Of a DNA stretch of 64,000 nucleotides, positions 42,401 through 54,167 are shown piece after piece. The position numbers and the translations under genes were made by a program. The notes below the pieces were generated by a model. The model was given only the letters and a program-made list of their open reading frames with translations. It ran no database searches and was not told the DNA's origin. Source of the DNA: Trichoplax sp. H2 (lineage: Eukaryota); assembly GCA_003344405.1 (NCBI GenBank), contig NOWV01000029.1, positions 310,001 to 374,000 on the forward strand. Direction: 5' to 3'. How positions within the stretch are numbered: the first letter of the stretch is position 1; every line of letters starts with the position of its first letter.

Positions 42401-43549
42401 ACGAAAGTAACCGAGATGAATACATTCTACGGCAATCGCAAAATTCTACTCATGATACACATACGATACTTGGTGTATTACATCTTTCATTTCCATCCAC
42501 CATAGGATCAATTTCTTGGGTCAAGTCATCAGATTTAGAAAATTGACATTGGTCAATAATCATGATACGAGCACAGTCTATTTCTATTGATATCCAATGA
42601 TCATGATACCGAATGCTTAAGCCTTCACGATCAGGCTACACTAATGATGACGATCACTGATGACATAGCGAATGGCTATAGACCCTCTTCTCCAGCTCAT
42701 TCGCTTCCCTTGACTGTGTAATGTTCGTTTTCACTAATAAAAGAATCCTATGAAACGCCAATAATTCTATCGATCGTCTATTCGTACATTATGACATCTT
42801 GAACTCAACTCGAATGACTTACGCTCGCAACTGATCATGACACAGTATAAATCGAGTAGTCAAGGATGTATCAATATTGAAGAATCGTTACGGATGTAGA
42901 TATCCTTTTCTCTTCCCTAGACTACAGACTTCCATATAAATTTCTATCAGACCTCATAAACGCATTTATCAATTTATGTAGGCGTTCTATCAATGAGGTT
43001 ACAAGATTACTGACAACTTACTGCCAATACATATTTTCAAAGGCCTGCTGCTGATACTGCAAAATTTCTATCACATGACACAAATCGTAAGGAAAGGTAT
43101 AAAAATTTCGGTTACATAGCAGAAATCATAAGGAAAAATTCAAATTTTCTTGACATTATCTACATCGTCCAAAACGTACGCTAAATAAATTCTTTAATCC
43201 GCATCGAATTACATCACATCTGTCACCAATTATAATTATATATATAATTGTTATTAAAATACTATTAAAGGTCAATCCATTAAACATTTATTATTACTAG
43301 TCATCTGATTATAACAATCATCATCGATTGGCTTGATAGTAAATAAATAAAAGGTGTTGTCGTAGTTGCAAGAGAAGTTCAGCTGAGGAGATTATACTAT
43401 ATTACGTCGAAGCTAAAGCATGCCATGTACGAATGCAAAATAGCATAATCCAATTCTAAGAAGTAAAAGTTGATATCTGCACAGCAAAAGTAATATAACT
43501 AACAAAGGCAGCCAACATTCTGATTGCAATCATAGTATAGTATATCTAT

Positions 43550-43816
43550 GATAAACTAGCTATGATCGTGTAGAATTTATAGTACTTTAGCAGTAGGAAA
43601 ATTATCATCAATATGATTTGCAAATATCCTTTTCACAGTAAAGTCAACGAATATTCTTACTACGATGATCACTACAGTATACTGTAGTAAAAGTACCTAC
43701 TGCAAAACTAGCTACGATTCCACAGTATATAATTAATGCATATACACGATTATAGTATTTTAGTAGAAGGAAAGTTATCGATTAATAATGATGGTTTCCA
43801 AATATCCTTTTCAAAG
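43550..43816. repeat. Diverged local duplication (~150-180 bp offset)
   Basis: AAACTAGCTA.GAT...TTATAGTA.TTTAG.AG.AGGAAA.TTATC...CAAATATCCTTTTCA occurs twice (43553-43635 and 43705-43813). Confidence 0.7.
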
Positions 43817-46800
43817 AAATAATGATAATAATATTGAATATATAGGCGTAGATAGATATCTAGCTTAATCGTATTTCAACCTCCAAACAACGCGGTCAAT
43901 TCTCAATATAGACTGATTTTACTATACTTAAATTATTATGATTTAACGCAATCAAAATTTACTCAATGAAATTATCAATTTTTATTTAACAAATGTGGTA
44001 TTTATTTAATCAAAAATGAAATATCTTCAAAACTTGCTGTGATATCGCGTGAAATAGAATCGACAATTGAATTTGGTACGATTTGGTAAGATTGATTTAA
44101 CAAAGCATCGCGTAGGCTCTAGTAATTAAAAGAAAATCCTGCTGTTGTGTTAATATTTGCTCATATTTATAGACACGCTAACTAATTCTAGATATCTACA
44201 TACTGTATTACATATTGTCCTTAGAGAATCATATGGCTGATTAGAGGCTTGGATAGCTTCCCAATTGTATGATCGAATGATAGAATCGAAAATTCTGCAT
44301 TTGTAAGATTCGTAGTGAAAGTTTTACGATAGTAAGAATAAAGATTGTTAGACAGACTGTTCTTAAATTTTATTTTATTTTCACTCTTAATTCTTGCTCA
44401 ATACACTGTAACACAATTAAATCAGGAGCCTTCATATCAAATTGACAATGTCGAATCGATGTGAAAATAATCTCCAATTGAATCAATATCAAATGATAAT
44501 TTTCATCGTCAAGCTGAGCTAGCGCTGAAGAATTCTATAAGTTATGATATGGTTGGCATTTATCTTGCGTGGTATCAGTAGATAAAGGAAAAAAACATAT
44601 TTTGATAATAATTTGATCATATTTGCAAAGAAAGGAATTAATGCTATCCACATGAGCTTAAAAGATGGTATATTTTATTTATTTCACATGGTTTACTTTA
44701 CACTAATTTGGCGCTGTATCAAAAAAAACTTAATAGAATTTTGAATTACCAGGTTTAATGAATACGTATATTCGCTTAAAATCGCCAGTAATAAAACTTT
44801 AAATCTCATTCATAAAAATCTCGCGACTAGAAAGTTGATATTGAGGGTTTTAATGGAAAGATTAAAGAGATTAAAATTTCATCTAAATTATAAACAACTA
44901 TAAAATACGAATGTTGTACTCATGATGATAACAATAGCTACTGGCAGATTTTAATACTAAATCTATTCATAGAGTGAAACATATTGAGCCAATACCGTAG
45001 CGAAAACAGATGAGCTATTTACATATAAACATAGCTTTTAATGATTAAAGTTGACATAAATCAAACCAGACTAAATATCGATGAATAAATGAAATAACTA
45101 ACTGTAATCCATAATTTTATCTACTTATTAGTTACTATTTCATGTAGCTAATAAAATAAAAGACCGTGATATTATTATTAACTACATACTGTAGTATAGG
45201 TTATTACAACGGAAAAGGAGAAGTTTTAAAAGTTCTTATAGATAAGCTGCATAACTGTTGATAGTTAACTAATTACCATACTGAGTTCAACTTGACAATA
45301 AATAAGAATTAATCTACCTACAAATGGCACTATGATACAAAACAAGATTTAAAGCCTTGTTGATTATTTATAGGCTGACCCAAATACATACGAGAATAGC
45401 GTAGATGATTACTGGAGTAAAGAATAATATTAATCAATTTGCTATAGACTAACGAGCATGTGACGTTTTACTATATGAATGTTTATACAAGTAACATACT
45501 GTAGTATAACCACTGTACACAATAAAATAACCACTTGAATAGAAGATCGTAACAATATTTATATTCGAAAATGCGTTAATTTTAAATGGACATATTCCGT
45601 TTATTTTTAAATTTTAATTTGGCCCCTTCACGAGCTCATTCATTTCAATATTATTTCTATACAACCTTTCGGAGAAACTGTTAAGTAATTTACCCATCAT
45701 GAGTAATTTTAAGTACTATCTTATTCGATATCTTCAATTAATATATTACTAAAATTATGGAAAAGATCAATTGCGCTAGAAAATTTTTTAAATTGTATAT
45801 AATTCTTCCTACTATTTAAACCAGCTAAAATTATCACTTAATGGGCATGTAATGCTATTTAATCAATAACACGCTAGTGAATACTCATATGCTTTACCTA
45901 TCTGAAATTGTGCATAGGTGATATATTGTCCAAATGTTTATAGCGTAAAAGTCCTGATTATCTCCGTAAGTACTCTTCTTGGCCCAATATCTCCAATCAG
46001 AATGCAACAGAAATTAATCTTAGAGATCATTATACCATGGCATGCGGCATTTTTAATGTCATTAATAAAATATTTTATAAAATTTCTTACAAGTATTGGA
46101 GTTGACTCAAATAGGTTCCAAATTCGAATTCATTCCTCTAGTTAACGACAAAATCTATTCAATATAGTATGTGCTATCATTAAATTATAAATAAAATAAT
46201 TGTCTATATTCTTCTATACGGGTATTTAAATTAAAACTGACAGCATGAGCATTTATTCCTAATACATTTTTGTCATCACGTCTTTGACCATACGATAGGC
46301 GGGCCTTGGCCAGCTCCACCCCAAAAAGTAATGGCATGTGGAGAGAAAAATGCCATGTTTATTTATTCGTTATCGTATTGACGTCGATGGAATTACGTTG
46401 ACATAAATTCTACCCTCTGACTTTTTATCTCTTAGAATTATAATTGAATCATAAAGAAATGATAGAAATTAACCTAATCTAAAAAATTTAAATTCGATTC
46501 TAACTGATTAATTACGCAAGCATTATGGGCACGATTTATTGTATCCCTAAAACTTTTTCAACCTCTTATTAGTGTGTTTGCATCATAATCTTGCGATTCA
46601 TAAATTTATCTTCTATTTGTAAATACAGTAGAATAAAAAATGAATCAAAGCGAATCTTTATGGATAGTTTAAATTGAATAATTCGATCGGAATAAACAAT
46701 GATGTGGTTCGTTATAACATTCCATCAATTGATTGCCGAGTAAAATTTCGAAAAACCATCGAATACTTCGAGATCGGCATGTTTCAAACATCTATAATTT

Positions 46801-48579
46801 TGTTTGTTACTACATTATTGATATTGCAGATAAAAATTTTAGCGTTATACATGCTTTGATGCTTTAATAAACTAACAAACTTGATCAATTTCCTAAAATT
46901 TAATTCGATATGAACCACTGCACCTGTTGTAAAACCGGGAATTAAATATCCTGCTGGCATAAATAGATATACAATGAAATTTTATACAGAAAAGAAATTT
47001 ATTTAAGTCTTATTGTGCTCTGCTATCTTTAGCTGTAATAGTACAATATCGTTCGTAAAAATTGGCAATATTTTTAAAATGCTAATAAACGAATATATAT
47101 TTGACCTTCAATTATTATAATCATTTTTTGTTTTGGTAATTATTAAATTCTATTTATTATCGATAGGTAATTCAATCAATAAATATCAATCCAAAAATTC
47201 AAAAATAATATTGATACACCAAAATAGCCATATCAGATTAATTCGGTAGAATGTGTCGGTCTGGAATATAGTATAAAATACTATAAGATCTTCACGAAAA
47301 TTAGGAAAGTATTCAAAAGCTTAAGCAATTATTGAGTCTAAAAATTGCAGACTCTAACAATTTGAAAAATATCGGACTAAACGTCAAATGCATCGAAATG
47401 TATATTTGTAATCCATTATTATAGTATATTCAACTATTATAATTAAGGAATCAGTGAATAGTAAAATTATATACCGGTACTATTTGATTAGACTAACAAA
47501 ATAGAATTGTCAAATTCATCTCAAAATAGATAGTGGCTAAGCCTAGATTTATCTCAAGGTAAACATCTATTTCTAATAATATTTATCTATTGTACACCCA
47601 TAGACCTACAAATTAATAAGCAAAACCTTAAGAAAAAAATGTCAATCGGTTAATGCGAATAAACATCTTCTTCATAATATACTGACTGCTAGCAATAATT
47701 ATAATTTAAGCACACACAAACACTATCTGCCTACTAACTTTTCTATTTATTTCAATAAAATATTATCTGAAGCTTAGATAATGTATTATATAGCCACTCC
47801 CTTAATACTTATCTATTGTATGAATAGGATCTATAAATTAATAAGTAAAAATCTAAGAAGAAAATGTAGATCAGTCAATGCAATGTTACAAGTCTTGTCA
47901 ATGACCCTGGCAATAATATTTTGAATCATACATAAACACCATCCACCTCCTAGGTATTTCTATTTTCTTCCATCGAAAATATTGTCAAGAACACTGTGAT
48001 ATACTCTAAAAATATAAATAACAAATTAGTGTCAAGAAAACTTATCAGCCTATAACTAAACCTAGACATTGCATGCCTAGATAGGAATTACAAAACTGTA
48101 TTGATGCACATAGAAACGGACACGAATCTATTATATCATTATACAGCGCGAACATCTTTACCACTATGCCAAAATTGTTTATACAACAAGATAAATTTAT
48201 CAAAAATGATAAAAATTGTGGTAGACGAATATATTTATGTATTTACAATGCTCATATTATTGTTTTCTAAAGGCCATAAAGATGTTGTAATACTCAAGTC
48301 GGTTATTTTTATGTAAAATTTTCATTGCACACAAACCGGAAGAACCACAGTTTTAAGTCAATATTAAAATAAAACCATCAGATACTTTTCTGATTAGTGT
48401 ACTTAAACGAAGTGCTTAAAAATAATCTCTGGAAAATTAGAAGGGGTTAACATAGTCAAATATTCAATGTTATGCTTTTTACTGCTCTAACACATTGCCT
48501 GATTAGGCGATAAAAAATTCCACTAACTTTTTCACTTCAAAATTAAGATAGGAGGTTATATTGTCAGGAATCAATCATG

Positions 48580-50350
48580 GAGCATTACATGAATGTAAAT
48601 CGAATTTAACTGGTAGTATCAGATCGAACTTGGCCGAATTTCTTGGACTTTTTACTGTAAGAGAAGCATAGACTGGTGCAGTAATATTTAATTGTAATAA
48701 TCAGATCAAACTAGAATGAATTTATCAGATTGACCATAAATTTATAAATGTCTTACGGTATGGCATTAATGGGTATACATAGCTTGCTCGTTTGATTTTA
48801 TTACATCATATTCAAATGAGTTACATTGTGTAGCTGATTTTCAGCATACTGGTAGATGCATATTATATAGAGCCAACATTATCAGATCGAATTTTAATGG
48901 ATACGGTTAAATTTTGGATTCCGAAGCTTCCTTAAGGTGATATACTGTAACAATGAACAGTACTGCATCAAGCTAGTAGTACAAGGTTAAGATTTAATAA
49001 TAGATATCGTTAAATCTTTGGATACTGAAGAATCCTTAAGGTAATATAATAATAATTACTGGATCAGGTTAGCATTATCTGGTCAAAGCTTAAAAGATTC
49101 ACTTAGATTTCTCATGTTAAATCTATTTTAGGGTAGTATAATAATGCGTACCGTATTGAGCCGACATTAATAAATCAAATTTAAATATAATTCATAATAT
49201 TTTTCATTTCAAAAGTCATATTAGTTTAACACCCTAATATAAATATGTACGGTACTATATCGGGGTAATAGTATTAGACGATATTTTAATGAGTTCAGTT
49301 AAAATTTATTACTTCAATTTTTATTAGAATATGTAGATTATGGAATTTAATCGTCTCCATTAAGTAGCTTGAATAAGTTGATTTATGAATTTTTACTTCA
49401 CATTTTCTTTAGGATATTGTATAACTGTAGACGGATTTAGCTGTAAGGTTATTAGGTTAAACTTGAACAAATTGCATCTATTTCATTCTAAATTTTATCA
49501 CGGAAAACATTATCGGTATCCTATAAAAAAAACTAAATCATCTTATATTAGATCTACCTTCAAAGTACTCTATTGCATCTCAATTGTAAAAATATCCTTT
49601 AATATTGTATTAATAGATATGATATTTTAACTGACATTATCGAATATGACTATAGAATCTAATTTTCGCCATTAAATCGAAATCTGAACAAGTTGGCTTT
49701 CATATTACAGTATCTTTAGGGATTGAATTGCAATAGACTGCATTTTATAGTGAGATTATTAGTTCAAGTTTAGATTAATTCCCTAGAACTTTTCTTTTCA
49801 AAGTTGCTACTGAGTTTTGTATCGATACCACAGCATCTACAGGATCAACTTGCATTGCATCCAACTGTAACTATTGATCTTGTGCAAAATTCCTTTACTT
49901 TTTGCATTTTAAAGTTATCTATATAATGTAAGGCATCAGTGCTGTATAAGATATTAACTCGATCAAGTTATATAAGATCCGACTTTAACGAGCTCAGTTT
50001 AACTTTTATTACCAAAATTATCTTTAAATATTATAATTGTGGACATAATACTGAAGTGATGTTTGTAAGAGTAGCAGGATTCTGCAATTTAGCCACCTTT
50101 AGTCGCCTTAATCAGATCAGTGTTGAGCAATTTTCTTTGAAGTTTTTATTTCAAATTATAATAATTTAACTATAACGTACGCATGTACATTATTTCGTTG
50201 ATACCATCCGATTAAAGTTTGACCTATTCAATTAAATCTATTTTTTTATGTAAATGTACGCCCTAGTCCTTTATCTCAATTTAGTCCTCTGTCGTCAAAA
50301 TCAACATGATCTAAACTCAATAATACTCCAATTGATTATGCCAGTGTTGT
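48580..50350. repeat. Highly degenerate tandem array, ~100-125 bp period
   Basis: Recurring ATCAGATC(G/A)AA motifs (48618, 48700, 48881, 50111) and paired TTGGAT.C.GAAG..TCCTTAAGGT.ATATA (~48914, ~49018). Boundaries uncertain. Confidence 0.45.
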
Positions 50351-53300
50351 AATTAATTAAAATCAAATTACTATGGACTTATTTTTAGTTTATTTTGTGG
50401 CCATATCAATGACAAATTTTAATTATTGGAAAAGCATAAGGATAAATTCTCCAGATGGCACAAACTTTTGATGTTGTCAGCAAGGACTGATTTTTATTTC
50501 CAAATATAGATTTTATTTTATATCCAATTTTTCTGCATATACGTCTTTATGTACCATAATCCCAGAGTTACGAAAGAATAACTAACTCGCAATTAAATAA
50601 AGTTTTGAGCCAAATCACTCTCATGATTTGCTAATCATATATTAATAATTACCGTCTAAAAGTATAAAGGTCGCTTTCAATTTTTACTTCAGTTCATATA
50701 TTTATATCAATAGTATTAATATCATTATAACATTGGGCACTGTATCGCTTTTATAAGATTAATGAATATTTTCGTAGATCTTAGGTTTTTTATTAAATTA
50801 TTAAAAGTGAATGAATGGTGTTTATGATGAATAACTACGATACTTATAAGGATACCTGAGGTTAATGAATGATAATGCAATAATTGGTACACGTAGGAAA
50901 GTTTTTCCATTAAAGTATTTCTAAGAACAGGAAGTTTCAGAAGATGATTTAAGTCCAAATTTTATCATTAATCGAAAATTTCAGATCGACTGTGAAAAAT
51001 ATTAATAAAACTGTCAATTAAATTTTAATTAGTAAATTGAGTCGCATTCTAAGTTATTATAGTAGAGTACCTGTCTAGGCAAATTATACTTGTTCCAATA
51101 TCGATCAAATCATTTCTAATTTGTTGACAGATTAATGACCATAATTATTTAGGGTTAGTATGTTGACTAGACTTAGCTTTCCAGGGTAATCTTTCATTTA
51201 ATAAACTAGATTTTTAGTCATGATTGTGTATCACTGCTGTATTACAATCCTACTTCCTATAAAATTATTTCAAATTTACTAATCTCTCAAGTACTATTCG
51301 TTGTATCATGGATTCTTTTGTGCAAGTATCAACATAAGTTATGTGCCTTAGAATCTCTAAAATCGTTTCTTTACTTTATTCAATTTTGTATTCGAACAGT
51401 TTATTACGGTATATAACGAATTAATATAGTAGATACGGAATAAATGTACAACATTAAAGGTCTAAATTCTATATAATTCAAAAGCATAAAAGAATTACTT
51501 TTAGCTCACTTTCTCATTCCAGTTATGACGCTAGTCAAATATACGTAAATATCTATTGGATATGGTCAACTTTACTATGAAATCTATAACACAAAAATTT
51601 AAAATTATAGCTGCATACAGATAAAAGATATATCTCAGACAAGTTCTGATACCTGCCTAATATACGTAAACACCAATTGTGCTATTCAATAAATGTAGTA
51701 GACTAGTCAATACTTTAATATTGTAAATATAAAGTATGTTGAAATTTTTAAAATAGTGCTACTCTATATCAATATCGCCTACTACCGATGATATATTTAA
51801 TTATATTTGTGATGTAAGCGTATAAAATACATAAGCATTGATTGGCGCTACTTGTTTTAGTATTGCAATCATATTTTTAAATTTGAAAGTTTCAGTACAT
51901 ATAAATATCAATGATATAAGAAGAAGAATACAGTAACAATCTTTGATGAATTTTAATGCGATACTTATTTTTCTTCGCTGACAAGCTAAAGAACAAAAAG
52001 AGTACAAACCTTTTTATAGACATGGAATTGATGGAATCTTCAAGAGTGGATACAGCTCTATCATGACTTGAGCTGAATCGGTTGTATCTCGAAAGCATTT
52101 TATAAATTTATGAATTTAGTAGAAACTTTCCCAATACTTTATTGAAGGGAGAGCTATAGGTACATCCCTATAACTTGTGCTGAATTGGTTATATCTACAG
52201 TATAAGTATATACGAAGATATGAATTTAGGAAATAAATTTGCGGGTATTTTAACTGACTAAGAGCTGCAGGTGTAGCATAACTAGTATACCAATGTAGTT
52301 GCATCATTGGTAAATTTTTCAAAAATAGACATTGAAATTTTATAATTGAATATAAATCACGTTTACGAGCGTTAATTTATTTGACATCTTTCCTTACGAT
52401 AATTATCCTGTATCTACGATAATTAACTCATTCAAAATTTTACGGTAACTTCTTGTATACAGCATATTGTATAATAAGGACTGTAGATTTTCATCATATC
52501 AATTAGTGTATTTATATTATATCAAGGAAAGAAAAAATTATCGGTAACGAGGAAAAATAGAATTGTTTTGATTTAATACGATATGGTAGTCATTAGCAAT
52601 TACTTTCTATATGGTAATGTTATTGTATTCATCAGATCATTAAATTTGACCTTTCTAGGGATTAAAATGTGGCTATTTCAAAGTTGTTAGATTCAGTATA
52701 TATATACGAGCTCATTTTATATAGTACCGTATGGAAGCAATTGATTATCATTAGCTGAATAGTGTTATTACCGCAAGAATGGCGATCATCTAATATAATT
52801 AATTATCGTAGTCTGTAAATACGTAAGTAGAATGGAGTGAAAAGATGAATAAGAAGATCAATTTTGAGGCGCAATCATTGTAAGCTGTCATATTATTTCA
52901 ATCTTATGATATTGGCAATAGAAACCGTCGTATCCAATGAATTGTTTATTTACCAGCTAAAAGAACAGTAAATTTCCACTCCAAGACTTCCCCTATTTTT
53001 GTGTATTGTAAAAAGTAAATCGTCGATACTGTTAATAGTGGCGATACAGATGGCATTTATAATCGACTATAGAAATGATTTTTAACGTTTATTTGATAGA
53101 AAACAATGAAAAAATAATCATTTCTATCGCCCTATCAAGCTATTCTGTCTCTTTGCTGCCAGCAACAATCCGTAAAGGATTAATTATCAACTGTATCTTT
53201 TTGAAAAGGAGGAAAAGCCCTGTAATATCGATATCTTCTGAGGGATAGGGTATGGCACTTTATGGTAGAGGATAAAAATAGACGGTATTCTGCTCTTAGC

Positions 53301-54167
53301 TATGATGACTCATTAATCAAGGGCGACCATTTATCATGATCTAAATCAAAAATAGTTCGGTATAGTTAAAATTATTCATTATTTGCTTTTCTTGAAAAAA
53401 TGAAAATGAATAATTATCCTCATCTCTAATCAAGTGAAAACACAAATGTGCATTATTTCTGATAAATAGCTTGTATAATTATATGGAGAAGAATAGCTGC
53501 GTTGTCAAGGATTAATCTTTAAATTAAATGACGAATAAATCCATACATACCTTATATCTTAGAATCCTATTGTATGCTTGTTATTATAATCTCATTAATA
53601 AATTGGAGCTATTCTATTGATTTGCTTGTCTAGTCTTTTAATAAAAAGTTTCTTAGTGTTTTATTGTCATAACTTTTTTTGAAGGTGAAAACTGCAATAG
53701 TATGAGAGAGAAAGTGAGAAAAATAACATTTATAAGCCTTTTATTATATCCTGTTTATAATTCTACGTACAGTATGCCTCAATCGGTGTATGCAACGTAT
53801 AATTTATAATCTTTCGCCGCCACTACCACTGGAATATATTCAACATCCTAAAAGATAACCTTTTCGTTATGTAAACAGATGCCAGTCTCTTTCTCGATAT
53901 AAAAGCCAAGCTGAATTGTAATATAGAAATATAGGTCAGGAAATTGTCATATTACCTAGAGGGTAAGCTTTGATCTTTTTCAATCAAGCCTGGAAATGTT
54001 ACTAACACCTTGAACAACAATTTACCATGGGTAAAGATTACGTGTAAAAAAATAAATGCTATCAATTTAGAAGGTATTTGAACTCTTCCATAATCCTACA
54101 AGCTCTTCAAGAGTCGTATGGAATAATTAATTATTCAATAGATAGTTTTAATAAACGACGATAGAGA

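Noticed and set aside
42899..43812. ATATCCTTT motifs (~42900, ~43624, ~43803) resembling U12 AT-AC donors
   Set aside because: No exon context or matching TCCTTAAC...AC acceptor found, and two of them are copies within one local duplication.
42921..45416. Candidate orphan exons YRLPYKFLSDLINAFINLCRRSINEVTRLL... (42921-43054) and ADPNTYENSVDDYW (45374-45416)
   Set aside because: No homology I recognise and no consistent multi-exon model; kept only as a pointer in the 15-kb interval finding.
438..52322. Numerous 60-95 aa ORFs in introns and spacers
   Set aside because: I/L/F/Y/K-rich composition typical of random AT-rich DNA, often with non-ATG starts and no recognisable domains.
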